A stretch of DNA of 64,000 bases from Balanoglossus misakiensis. Its lineage: Eukaryota; Animalia; Hemichordata. The translations under genes and the position numbers were made by a program. The DNA lies in NCBI GenBank assembly GCA_040954595.2, contig JBECUI020000034.1, forward strand, positions 62,001 through 126,000. The letters are read 5' to 3'. The notes below the pieces were generated by a model. The model was not told the DNA's origin and did no database searches. It saw only the letters and a program-made list of their open reading frames with translations. Below, one piece after another: positions 9,802 through 19,700 of this stretch (its first letter is position 1; every line of letters begins with the position of its first letter).

Positions 9802-11333
9802 TTTATAGAGTCAAGTCTGCGCTGAAGATAAGAGAGGTAGTCAGCAGCGGATATCCGTGCATGCTGGTACAATTCATCAAAATTTTGAGTATCTCTCCTA
9901 TCCATAACAAGGTATGATAGTCTCGTATCAAGACATGCACGCCAATTCCCCGATTGAGGCGTAGAAATAAAGTTCTGCAAGGTTTTTATTTCATCGTTAA
10001 TAAAAGCAACCGGGTTTTGCATCCCACCGGGTATACGGATGCTAGCAGAAACAGCGGGCATTGTTTTCAGGTAGTTTAAGACTTCAGGTTGATTTGCGCG
10101 TCTTTTTGCTTGTATATCCATGCCGCTTTGCCCGAGGTCCCAAACATGGGAGTCATGTACCAACAATCCGGCAAATATCTCTGCGTACGAGGCAAGCACC
10201 ATATCGACCTTTTGCAGAACACCGTTTTTATCCTGTCGAGTTATTAGTTTTCGTTGGTAATAAGGAATTTCATTTCTACGCACCAGACGAGTGGAATTTG
10301 TCAGGATAGCTCGATGAGGAGCAGTGAGTTTGGTATGGCTCTTGCCCGGCAGATAATGCATATCCATTCCTGCAAGAAATATATCACCCTGATAGTAACG
10401 CCGAATCAAGTAGTAAGCAGTTATACCCACCGACCCAAGGGCAGGGATATTCAGTTGTCCGCAAGATTCTATTACATTGGTAAGATAGAAAGAAGAGAAC
10501 TTGCTAAAAAAGAATGCCGATTTAGTCTGTCGCACGATAGAAGGATGCACAGTCAGATCACAAAGGAATGGAACATTTTTCCAACGGTAGGGAAAAAGAT
10601 CACGGCAATTAAGCAGTTGTGCATCCTGTGATACCACCATATCCGGTATTATTTCCGATGCCGCAAGTGCCGGCAGAATGCTATCGACCGCAAGAATAAA
10701 GAATCGCTTCCGTTCTATTTTCAGAAATGGAAGCCATTCTTCTGCAGAGGGGCCGGCACCCAGCAAAAACACAGGGTTTGCAATTTCAAGCCCTTCCCAT
10801 TGAGGAAGAATAAGCAGGTTTCGGAAAAGATTTTTTATCCATCTTCGGATAAAGTAGCGTTGGGTCAAAGAGTTCTGTCGATTTCGCAGAATGCTTCGCT
10901 GGCATTGCCGGTGCAATTTGCGGTATCGTTCCGTATGCAGAGAAAAGCCAGCACTCAGTGGTAGCAGAACTATCTGATCAATACGGTAACTACGAATCAT
11001 TACATCTAAAGTACTCTCGGCATTATCGACATTATCGATAACACGGCATCGATCACCGATATCGCATAACTCAGAGTTCTCGTGAAGCATAAGAGCACTC
11101 AGTGCCGGCTCATAGTCAATACAGACGAAGTAAAGAGATTTTGCACATGTACGGATGTACTTTCGCAGTCCGAAAGCAAATAGGGGAGATGCCAGAATAA
11201 TCAGACAATTGCCGTCTTTTGGTAAGTGTTCCAGTCTTCGAAGGTTAGAACGTTCATGATTCGGAGCAGTTAAGTATCTTCCCTTATAGCGTATTCGGCT
11301 ATATGCACCGGATCTGATAAACTCAAGATTCAC
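9798..11333 (-). CDS. DUF115/Maf-type (MptE-like) protein, candidate flagellin glycosylation factor
   Basis: LLGAGPS, LAVDS...IIPDMVVSQD, GSVGITAY, IFLAGMDMHY motifs typical of the DUF115/Maf family. Confidence 0.7.
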   Translation of the reverse strand: MNLEFIRSGAYSRIRYKGRYLTAPNHERSNLRRLEHLPKDGNCLIILASPLFAFGLRKYIRTCAKSLYFVCIDYEPALSALMLHENSELCDIGDRCRVIDNVDNAESTLDVMIRSYRIDQIVLLPLSAGFSLHTERYRKLHRQCQRSILRNRQNSLTQRYFIRRWIKNLFRNLLILPQWEGLEIANPVFLLGAGPSAEEWLPFLKIERKRFFILAVDSILPALAASEIIPDMVVSQDAQLLNCRDLFPYRWKNVPFLCDLTVHPSIVRQTKSAFFFSKFSSFYLTNVIESCGQLNIPALGSVGITAYYLIRRYYQGDIFLAGMDMHYLPGKSHTKLTAPHRAILTNSTRLVRRNEIPYYQRKLITRQDKNGVLQKVDMVLASYAEIFAGLLVHDSHVWDLGQSGMDIQAKRRANQPEVLNYLKTMPAVSASIRIPGGMQNPVAFINDEIKTLQNFISTPQSGNWRACLDTRLSYLVMDRRDTQNFDELYQHARISAADYLSYLQRRLDSIN

Positions 11334-12879
11334 TATTAGCAGGGCTGTTATTGGTTTCTTCTGCAGGAACGACTGGTTGTGCTATAAATTGATTGTACGT
11401 TTCACCAAAGAAATCTTGTAGTTTTGTTTCCTGCACAACCGCTTCACGATAGTATTCATGCAGGAAATCCTGGCTCAGGCTTGGATACAAGTCACGCATA
11501 TTCTCAACATTCTCCTCATTGGGAGCAACTTCATCTACCAATTCGGCAAGAATAAAGGTTTGTTGTAACTTAATCGGGTCAGAGACATCTCCGGCTTTAA
11601 GGGAGAACAACTGTTGAAAAAAATCATCATTGTATGCAGCCGCCCGAAGTGCGGGAATATCATCATTAGTAAGACCATCATTGCTACCGAGTACGTTCCC
11701 ATAATCGATATGTATCGGATCACTAGCGAAAATTTGTTTATCATACTCAGGAGCTACAATACTCAATCCACCTTGAGCATTAGCCCGAGTTTGCAATGCA
11801 TTTGCCTGTTCCAATATATAGTCTTCTATTTCTTGCGGGTCATTACTCCGTATGTAGTTTACAATAAATGTAATATCTTCAATTTCTTCTAGATTGATGA
11901 TGGGGGCATCGTTCATTTGCAAGAAAACGTATTGGTTGTTCTTTGTTTGAAATATTTCCGAGTTATTACCAGCCTGAAGGTCAAAAATCTTTTCCAGATC
12001 TTCATCATTCAACCATTCACTTAGTTGATAAGCATATTGTTTTTCCATTCTACCACCCTTATCTGCAGAGTCATCAATAGAATAGAGGCGAGCAAGGTCT
12101 TCAAATGTATTTTGCTCAGCTAGTAATTCACTACGGACTGTTTCCAGGTCTTCCCGGGTCTGCATGGTTATGCGCGATAGGTCAGCCGATCGAAATAGAT
12201 CCTGATGCTCAAGCCCATAATTTTTTGCTTGTACATCGGGATATTCATCCAAAGAAAAGGTAAGGAAGTTAAATCTCCTACTAGTTCCCAGGAGTTCTTC
12301 GATAAAATCTATTTCTGTTTTTGATGTATGAATGTTTTCCAGCAAGTCCTGGCGGACCTGTGATGCGATAAGTATTTCCTTACTAAGATTTCGCATGGAG
12401 AAGAGTTCCTGACTACTGGCATTTCTGTATAAATCAACACTAAACGCCCGTTCTCCTGAAAACGTGGGCTTTTAATTATTGTTTTCTCAATAGCTTCTTC
12501 GGATACAACCGCACGGCTTTCTTCTCCCAGGTTCAAGGTAGCAGCATGTTCAATTGCCCGATCGAATGCCTCACGCAGAGTGAGCGTAATTGAAACTGCA
12601 ACATATTATCATCAAATGCCACCGAATCTATCAATATTGTTTGCCAGATATTCGTACACATTGGCAAAGTAATTCCCCTGCCGGTAGTCAATTTCATTAT
12701 TTGCGTAGGTGCCGAAAACAAGTCGCCCTGCTTGGTTACTCCCGATACCGATAAGAGGAGCTCCGATAAAGGTAATAACAATAATTGCCAGGATAACAAT
12801 TGTTCCAATATATATTCCACGATTGTTGAAACGGGGTGTTTTTACTTCTTTATTTTTGTTCTTTAGTTTTTATTGCCAT
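11323..12879 (-). CDS. Membrane-anchored SurA-N/PpiD-like peptidylprolyl isomerase (split by frameshifts in this sequence)
   Basis: Parvulin-like FEDLARLYSIDDSADKGG in the 11323-12396 ORF. Upstream pieces encode the TM anchor (YIGTIVILAIIVITFIGAP) and SurA-N. ATG at 12879 with SD AGGA. Confidence 0.75.
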
Positions 12880-12905
12880 AGAATCATCCTTTTATGTTGC
12901 AATAT

Positions 12906-12935
12906 AGTATATGCAATAGCTCGTATTTTTGTCAA
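12906..12935 (-). promoter_or_regulatory. sigma70-type promoter for the ppiD-like gene
   Basis: Minus strand TTGACA-N18-TATACT. Confidence 0.6.
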
Positions 12936-12998
12936 GGAAAGCACTCTTGTATTTTTTTTAGCTGCTATACTATACTGAAGTACATAGATTATGAGAAT

Positions 12999-13070
12999 CG
13001 GGCTGTAGCGCAGAGGTAGCGCGCGCCGTTCGGGACGGTGAGGTCGGCGGTTCAAATCCGCCCAGCCCGA
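12999..13070 (+). tRNA. tRNA-Pro(CGG)
   Basis: Acceptor CGGGCTG/CAGCCCG, anticodon arm CGCCG-TTCGGGA-CGGTG, T-loop TTCAAAT; no CCA. Confidence 0.95.
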
Positions 13071-13189
13071 GTAGCAGCCCGCAATCCCCCACCGACTGAA
13101 TAATTTGAATAGTTTGCAAAATAAATGCTTTCAGTTGTATCTAGTGTGTCAAGAAATACCGTATTGCATACCGAAAATGTAGGTACAGG

Positions 13190-14006
13190 ATGAAGTATTT
13201 ACTGCTTATTTTCTTATTTCTTTCTTTCTGCAGTTAGGAATTGCCGAAATCCATCAGGTACAGCAAGGTGAAACGCTCTACAGCATCTCAAAGCAGTACA
13301 ATGTTCCACTGGAGTTAATTGTAGCCTGGAACGATATTATGGATCCGACATTATTAAAGAAGGGAAGCACGATAACCATCCCTGATATATATAGTGTTGC
13401 CAAGGGGGATACCCTCTACAGCATAGCGCGTGCCTTTGATATTGGCATTGATGCATTGAAGGCGGAGAATCATCTCACTGATAATGACATCAAGCAGGGT
13501 GATAAACTCTTCATACCGGGAATGCAAAAAACCGAGTCTTCAATGCCTGATCAAGAAATCATAATTCCAGTAACAAAGAACATCACGAAGGAAAACAAGC
13601 CATCCCACAAACAGATCAAATGCTTCCAGCGAATCGCTTGTCAATTTGAGCAGCAACTTCGATAATTTACCCGTAGAGGGAAATGTATCGGAACGTAAGG
13701 GAAAACTCCCGGGCAATTGTTATTCATAGTGAATTAGGCAAAGATGTGCATGCTGTTCGCGAAGGAACTGTTATCTATGCCGGTCCCCATTCCAGTTTCG
13801 GCAATGTTATTTTTGTCCAGGCATCAGGAAATTATATTTACGTCTATGCCGGACAGGCAGAACTTCTTGTTCAGGTAGGCGACCAGGTAAATGCCGGACA
13901 GGTCATCGGCACAGTTGGCATATCACCCGAAACGAATACGCCTGCTTTGTACTTTTCTGTATGGAAAGACAGTCGTTTTGTTCAAGCACGATACGTGAAT
14001 CGTTAG
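13190..14006 (+). CDS. LysM + degenerate M23/LytM domain protein, NlpD/EnvC-like (frameshifted in this sequence)
   Basis: Two LysM repeats (HQVQQGETLYSISKQY; YSVAKGDTLYSIARAF) and an M23 fold (AVREGTVIYAG, VGDQVNAGQVIG). Split across ORFs 13339-13665 and 13683-14006. Confidence 0.78.
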
Positions 14007-14017
14007 TTCCTAAGCAC

Positions 14018-14047
14018 TTGACATACTGGATATAGAATGAGTACACT
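14018..14047 (+). promoter_or_regulatory. sigma70-type promoter for tRNA-Met/cysS
   Basis: TTGACA-N18-TACACT, 14 nt upstream of the tRNA. Confidence 0.6.
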
Positions 14048-14061
14048 GAAAAAGTAAATTT

Positions 14062-14134
14062 GGTGACGTAGCTCAGTTGGTAGAGCAAGCGGCTCATATC
14101 CGCTCGGTCGGGGGTTCGAGTCCCTTCGTCACTA
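14062..14134 (+). tRNA. tRNA with CAT anticodon (elongator Met most likely; Ile2 not excluded)
   Basis: GGTGACG/CGTCACT acceptor and AGCGG-CTCATAT-CCGCT anticodon arm. It lacks the initiator C1:A72 mismatch and GGG/CCC stem. Confidence 0.92.
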
Positions 14135-14143
14135 CGTACATGT

Positions 14144-15588
14144 ATGCAGGTACTCTACGAACAGTATTCACCCACGGTATATAATTATCTCAGCAGGGAG
14201 AAAGAACCATTTTCTCCCCTACGCCCCCCCCATGTCGGACTCTATGTCTGTGGTCCCACTGGTCTACGGTGCACCCCATCTAGGACATGCTCGTACTGCG
14301 GTAACATTTGACTGCATCTACCGGTATCTCACCCATCTTGGGTATAAGGTTCGCTATGTTCGCAATATTACCGACAATCGGCGATATTGAGGAAGGCGGA
14401 GAAGATAAGATTATCAAGCAGGCAAGAATTGAAGAACGGGAGCCGATGGAGATAGCACAACGCTATACCCAGCTCTATCATCGGGCATTGGAGAAACTAG
14501 GGGTAAGCCCGCCAAGCATTGAACCGCGAGCAAGTGGGCATATTCCTGAACAAATTGAAATAATCAGTCGGATAATGGATGCGGGATAATGCCTACGAAG
14601 CAGAGGGAACCATCTATTTCGATCTAGCTAAATATACTGAGCAGTATGAGTACGGGCGTCTATCCGGCAAGGTCGTTGATGACTTAAGAACGCAGTACGT
14701 GATATCAAGAATGTCGCGAACAAGCGTAATTCTCTCGACTTCGCTCTTTGGGAAACCGGCTGTCTCTCCCTTTGGTTGGCTTTCTCCCTGGGGTAGAGGA
14801 TATCCAGGCTGGCATTTGGAATGTACTGCTATGAGTACAAAGTATCTTGGAGAGGAGTTTGACATCCATGGAGGCGGACTGGATCTGCAATTCCCGCATC
14901 ACGAAGCAGAGATTGCACAGAGTCAGATAGCCCATTCCTCTTATCCGGCAAGGTATTGGCTGTACAGTAATTTGCTCAGCATCGGCGATCAGAAAATGAG
15001 CAAGAGCCTCGGCAATTTTATCACTATGGAGCAATTATTCACCGGGGACCATGCTCTTCTATCGGGACCCGTTCACCGAATGAACTACGCTTTTGGATGT
15101 TGCGAAGCCATTATAGAAGTCCGCTCATCTTTACTGAAGAAGCCGTGCGGGAAGCAGGCAAGGGACTTGAACGCCTAATCGGATACTATGCCCAGGCAAA
15201 GAAGATTATCACCGAAGGAAAAGAAGAAGCACTGCCTCTTGAGTTGGAGGAACTTATTTCCTCCCTCTATCGTTCCATGAGTGATGACTTTAATACGTCG
15301 CGGCTCATAGCTGGTCTTTTCGATCTTGGTTCATATTTTTCTCATCCATCGAGTGACCGGAACATCAAAAGGGCAGCAGAAGTCTTTGTGCAATTCTACA
15401 ATTCCGTCCTTGGGCTTGAAGGCGAGAGTGATAAGCAGGAGTCAAACAATCTTATTGCCGATCTTCTTCTGCTTCGAGATGAACTCCGCCAGGAAGGAAA
15501 GTATCAACTTGCTGATCGCATTCGGAGCATCCTGACCGATGCAGGTTTAGTAGTGCAGGATATCCGGCAAGATAAAGGAAGCACCTGA
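14144..15588 (+). CDS. cysS: Cysteinyl-tRNA synthetase (multiple frameshifts in this sequence)
   Basis: [66 protein letters not shown], spread over three frames. Confidence 0.92.
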
Positions 15589-15595
15589 GCATAAA

Positions 15596-16038
15596 ATGCA
15601 AACAATACAGGAAAATGCAGAATTATTTACAAGCATGTGCTGAGGAATTAGAAGATGCAGCCCTTATCGAAGCCTTTGAGTTTTATCGTGTGTTATCTGA
15701 GTACGGTAATCAGCTAGATCCCCTTCCTGAGCAGGATAAGATAGACGAGAACTTTGTATATGGCTGTGTTTCGCAAGTATACATCTCTGCAACTGTACGG
15801 AAAATCGGATTTATTACTGCGGTTCTTCAGAGGTTCTAACCATTCGGGGCATCCTTCAAATCCTTATTACCGCATTCAGCGACTCTTGATCCAAGATTTT
15901 CTCTCTGCCGGCAAAGATGCGATACAAAATTTTGTTCAGAAGACCAATCTCACGACATTCCTTACCCCAACTCGTGCCAATTCCTTTGGCAATATATACG
16001 AACTTATGCGCACTCATGCTGAACAGAGGAAAGAATAG
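15596..16038 (+). CDS. SufE-family Fe-S cluster/sulfur acceptor protein (frameshifted)
   Basis: ENFVYGCVSQVY (conserved Cys motif) and LTPTRANSF at the C-terminus; two frames. Confidence 0.8.
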
Positions 16039-16043
16039 CTCTT

Positions 16044-16904
16044 CTATTCCCAAGTCGGCGGATAGACATCCTGGTCTACGCGTTGTTTGGTAAAGACCTT
16101 TGGTTGTTTATCGGGATGGGGACCGAACCTGTAATTGCTATTCATTGCATCAATCGCATACATATCCTCATCTGAGAGGGTAAAGTCGAAAATATTAAAA
16201 TTTTCTTCTATGCGTGTCTTTGTAACCGACTTTGGAATAACTATTAATCCATGCTGAATATGCCAGCGCAGCACAACCTGTGCTGCAGTTTTGTTATGTG
16301 ATTTTGCAATATTCGGTAGGGGTGGACGATTGAGCGATCCCTTCATGAGAGGAGCCCAAGACTCAATTATAATTCCCCTATCGGCTAATTCGCTGCGAAG
16401 TTCTTGCTGATTCAAAAGCGGATGCAATTCAACCTGATTGACTGCAGGAACGATCTGTGAGTTTTTCCCGAGTGAACGAATATGATGATCTTGAAAATTA
16501 CTAACACCAAGGGCACGAATACGTTTATCAGCATACAGTTTTTCCATTGCTCGCCATGTATCACCCTGCTTTTCCGGGTACGGCCAGTGTATGAGATACA
16601 GATCAAGGTAGTCGAGACCCAGTTTTTTTGTACTTTTTTCAAATGCACGCAATGTATTATCGTAGCCCTGTTCATCACCCCATATTTTTGTTGTAACAAA
16701 CAATTCTTCGCGGGGGATAGCACAAGCTGCCAGTGCACTCCCGACACCGCTTTCATTTGCATATAATGATGCCGTATCGATACTTCTGTATCCAACCGAT
16801 ATGGCATACTCCACCACCTCTTGTACTTGATCATTTGGTATTTCAAAAGTACCAAATCCAAGTGCAGGAATTACAGTACCATTGTTTAGTGTGATATATT
16901 TCAT
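16044..16904 (-). CDS. Aldo/keto reductase (2,5-DKG/glyoxal reductase type)
   Basis: LGFGT, GYRSIDTASLY, REELFVTTK, LDLYLIHWP, GVSNF, NQVELHP, IPKS. Likely start ATG 16904. Confidence 0.95.
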   Translation of the reverse strand: MKYITLNNGTVIPALGFGTFEIPNDQVQEVVEYAISVGYRSIDTASLYANESGVGSALAACAIPREELFVTTKIWGDEQGYDNTLRAFEKSTKKLGLDYLDLYLIHWPYPEKQGDTWRAMEKLYADKRIRALGVSNFQDHHIRSLGKNSQIVPAVNQVELHPLLNQQELRSELADRGIIIESWAPLMKGSLNRPPLPNIAKSHNKTAAQVVLRWHIQHGLIVIPKSVTKTRIEENFNIFDFTLSDEDMYAIDAMNSNYRFGPHPDKQPKVFTKQRVDQDVYPPTWE

Positions 16905-16951
16905 ATTAGTCGTAATTATATCATAAAAAGAAAAGATAAACAATAATGCAC

Positions 16952-16981
16952 TTGACAAAAAAGGTAGTCAGAGTACATAAT
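16952..16981 (+). promoter_or_regulatory. sigma70-type promoter for the rpsT operon
   Basis: TTGACA-N18-CATAAT. Confidence 0.55.
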
Positions 16982-17018
16982 AAGTGAATGATATTATTAC
17001 ATTGTCCGGAGGGAAGTA

Positions 17019-17291
17019 TTGCAAAAGAACAGTTCAGTAGCAAAAAGACATCGTCAAAGTGAGCACCGGCGCATTCGTAACCGTGCCGTTCGAACCAGTG
17101 TGCGAGGTGCAATTAAAGACTTCTTGAATACCATTGCGGATAAGAATACTGATGAGGCAAAAAGTCTATTACAGCGGATTACAAAACTCATCGATACAGC
17201 ACAGCGCAAAGGGGTCTATCATAGGAATACGGTTGCACGCACAAAGTCACGTTTACACAAGAAATATAATCTTTTAGTAAGAGATAATTAA
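17019..17291 (+). CDS. rpsT: 30S ribosomal protein S20
   Basis: SVAKRHRQSEHRRIRNR, IDTAQRKGVYHRNTVARTKSRL; TTG start after GGAGG. Confidence 0.95.
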   Translation: MQKNSSVAKRHRQSEHRRIRNRAVRTSVRGAIKDFLNTIADKNTDEAKSLLQRITKLIDTAQRKGVYHRNTVARTKSRLHKKYNLLVRDN

Positions 17292-17599
17292 TGGGTATGG
17301 AACATGCGAAGACTACTAGACAGGAAATTGCAGGTAATGTCTTTAATCGTTCCAATATTACTCGTAAAGATGTCGAACAAGTTATTGATTTATTTATGGA
17401 TCAAATAGCAGTTGCATTAGAGCAGCAGAAGCGTGTAGAAATTCGTGGGTTCGGTACATTTATGCTAAAGAGAAGAAAGCCACGGAATAATGCACATAAT
17501 CCGCGAAACCCATCAGTTAAAATACCCATTGAGGAGCATAATGTTGTTGTGTTTCGACCAGGACGTTCCTTGCGTGAACGTGTATGGAAACTACTGTAG
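17291..17599 (+). CDS. hup: HU/IHF-family DNA-binding protein (spirochete Hbb-like)
   Basis: VEIRGFGTF, RNP, VVVFRPGRSL; follows rpsT as in other spirochetes. Confidence 0.9.
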   Translation: MGMEHAKTTRQEIAGNVFNRSNITRKDVEQVIDLFMDQIAVALEQQKRVEIRGFGTFMLKRRKPRNNAHNPRNPSVKIPIEEHNVVVFRPGRSLRERVWKLL

Positions 17600-17616
17600 A
17601 GGGGGAGGGAAAAAAT

Positions 17617-18429
17617 ATGTCAGATAAGAAGCCTCAGAGCAAAGATCATTGGTTTGATAATAAGAATTCTACAATACTTATTGTTGATGATGATGAGGTG
17701 AATCGTGAATTTTTTGAGGTTATGTTAAAACGTCTGAGTTTTAACGTTAAGGTTGCTGCTGACGGAGAAGAGGCTCTTGAAAAATTGCATGAAGGCGGAA
17801 TTAGTTTAGTTCTGCTTGACAATTTGCTTCCAAAATATTCAGGATGGGAAGTTACCAGAATCATTCGTAATGAGCCTGAGCACGAGAAACATAAAAATGT
17901 TCCCATTATAATGTTTTCGGCAATGAATACGGCAGAAGGCAAAATTAGAGGATACGATCTTGGTATTGACGATTACATTACCAAACCCTTTAATTTTGTT
18001 GAGGTACTCGCACGTATTAAGTCCGTTTTACGACATCGGGCTGTTATTGAGCAAATACTCCGGCGGGAGAAACAAATTGGTTTGGCAGATGCCCTCAATA
18101 AATCACTTTTATATTTTTCCAATCATGTCATTAAGGATACTGTAGAATCTCTGCATAGCCGTGCCTTTGATATATTGAAACAGGAAAAAATAGAATCCTC
18201 TGAGCATGTTTTGAAGGATCTAGCAGAGGAACTCTCACAGAGTGCAGGAAAAATTCTTGCGGCACTCAGTGAGGTAGAAAAAGAGTTTCAATACCAGCAA
18301 AAGCAACGCGAAGCTATTAAGGAAACGGAGATAGATATTGATGTGCTTGATAAGAAGTATTGGAACAGCCTAAAGGAACTTGGCAGCGTAGGTAAGGACG
18401 GCGGTCAAGATACAAACAAAAACGAATAA
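17617..18429 (+). CDS. Response regulator: receiver domain plus helical C-terminal region
   Basis: ILIVDDD, LVLLDNLLP (phospho-Asp), PIIMFSA, DDYITKPF; no recognizable HTH or GGDEF output. Confidence 0.88.
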   Translation: MSDKKPQSKDHWFDNKNSTILIVDDDEVNREFFEVMLKRLSFNVKVAADGEEALEKLHEGGISLVLLDNLLPKYSGWEVTRIIRNEPEHEKHKNVPIIMFSAMNTAEGKIRGYDLGIDDYITKPFNFVEVLARIKSVLRHRAVIEQILRREKQIGLADALNKSLLYFSNHVIKDTVESLHSRAFDILKQEKIESSEHVLKDLAEELSQSAGKILAALSEVEKEFQYQQKQREAIKETEIDIDVLDKKYWNSLKELGSVGKDGGQDTNKNE

Positions 18430-18432
18430 ATC

Positions 18433-18870
18433 ATGGCTAAGAAAAAAACTAAGAGCGACTTGTCTCGTTTAGCTACTCCGGTTATTGAGACGGTTACTTA
18501 CCTGGGCAAAGGTAGTTCCTTCAAGGGAAAGATTACATTTACCGAATCGGTAACGATCAGGGGAACGTACGAGGGTGAAATAGACACTACCGGTTTTTTA
18601 TACATTGAAGACGGTGCCACCGTCCGTGCGAGCATTCGTGCGGCAAATGTTATTATAGGCGGCATTGTACATGGCAATATTGATGCTACCGAGAGCATAG
18701 AGATGCTTGCTACAAGCAAGATCTACGGCAATGTCAGTACAGTCATTCTTCATATAGCTGATGGCGTTGTCTTTGAGGGACAGTGTAAAATGATTACAAA
18801 GTCCGAGGAGTTGGATATTTTTGCTGTGCACCCGGAACAAATCAGGGAACGATACGAACAAACAACATAA
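18433..18870 (+). CDS. Bactofilin (polymer-forming cytoskeletal protein)
   Basis: TYLGKGSSFKGKI, V.GNI.A, IADGVVFEGQCKM beta-helix repeats. Confidence 0.92.
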   Translation: MAKKKTKSDLSRLATPVIETVTYLGKGSSFKGKITFTESVTIRGTYEGEIDTTGFLYIEDGATVRASIRAANVIIGGIVHGNIDATESIEMLATSKIYGNVSTVILHIADGVVFEGQCKMITKSEELDIFAVHPEQIRERYEQTT

Positions 18871-19555
18871 TTATTATTCCCTCTTTTTTCTTGATGCGGA
18901 GCAGGAAAAATCATTGAAGAGGATTTCTCTATGCGAGACATCTTGCCATAATAATGAATACTTGGTACTATTAAGCAACAGTGAGTATAGGAGTTTAAGG
19001 GAAAGGTTGGGATATGCACATTGTACGGAAGGACGAATCGGTCTACCGGAAGTTCTTATTCAGGATTTGTGTACTCGTTCATGGTCAATTGCCTGTGCGG
19101 AGTCATGTACTGGTGGTAGATTAGCCGAACGCCTCAGCAGTGTTCCCGGCAGTTCAAGGGTTTTTTGGGGTTCAGCGGTTGTATACGGGATTGAGGCAAA
19201 AAAATCCTTATTATCAATTTCGCCTGCTATATTGGAAGAGTACGGTGAAATCTCTGTTGAGTGTACCAAAGCATTACAAGTTGCCATTGCTAAAAAGAGT
19301 GCTGCCTTGTGTACGGTAGCTATAACTGGGGTTGCAGGACCGGGAAGTGTTATGGGTTATAATGAGGGAACGGTCTTCATTGCTTTATCAACTCCGCATG
19401 CTTCTGTTGTATATCAATGTACTATTGATGGAACGAGGAATGAAATACAACTAATGGCATCGCTTTTTTCTTGTTTTGCAATGCGCGAATTGTTATTCGG
19501 GTCGGTGGTACGAGAAAAGCGTGCATTTAAGAGAATATTAGCAGAATGCGTATAA
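18821..19555 (+). CDS. CinA C-terminal domain / NMN amidohydrolase (PncC-like)
   Basis: AESCTGG, VPGSS, AITGVAGPG, GTVFIA; start codon uncertain. Confidence 0.85.
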   Translation: MLCTRNKSGNDTNKQHNYYSLFFLDAEQEKSLKRISLCETSCHNNEYLVLLSNSEYRSLRERLGYAHCTEGRIGLPEVLIQDLCTRSWSIACAESCTGGRLAERLSSVPGSSRVFWGSAVVYGIEAKKSLLSISPAILEEYGEISVECTKALQVAIAKKSAALCTVAITGVAGPGSVMGYNEGTVFIALSTPHASVVYQCTIDGTRNEIQLMASLFSCFAMRELLFGSVVREKRAFKRILAECV

Positions 19556-19700
19556 GTGATTGTACATTCTTGTATAGTATGATATCATACTAAGGTATGC
19601 CGCAAACAGTATTCAGATTGTAATTCCACAGGTAGCATGTGTATAGTAATTAGGAAAAACAAAGCTATAATTATAGAAAAAATATATATCGGAGGTTTAT

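Noticed and set aside
13149-13178. sigma28-like promoter (TCAA-N17-ACCGAAAA) before the LysM gene
   Set aside because: Spacing and -10 match are too poor to support.
14144-15588. Stop-codon reassignment or readthrough as an explanation for broken genes
   Set aside because: The breaks are frame changes rather than in-frame stops, and TAA, TAG and TGA all terminate intact genes normally.
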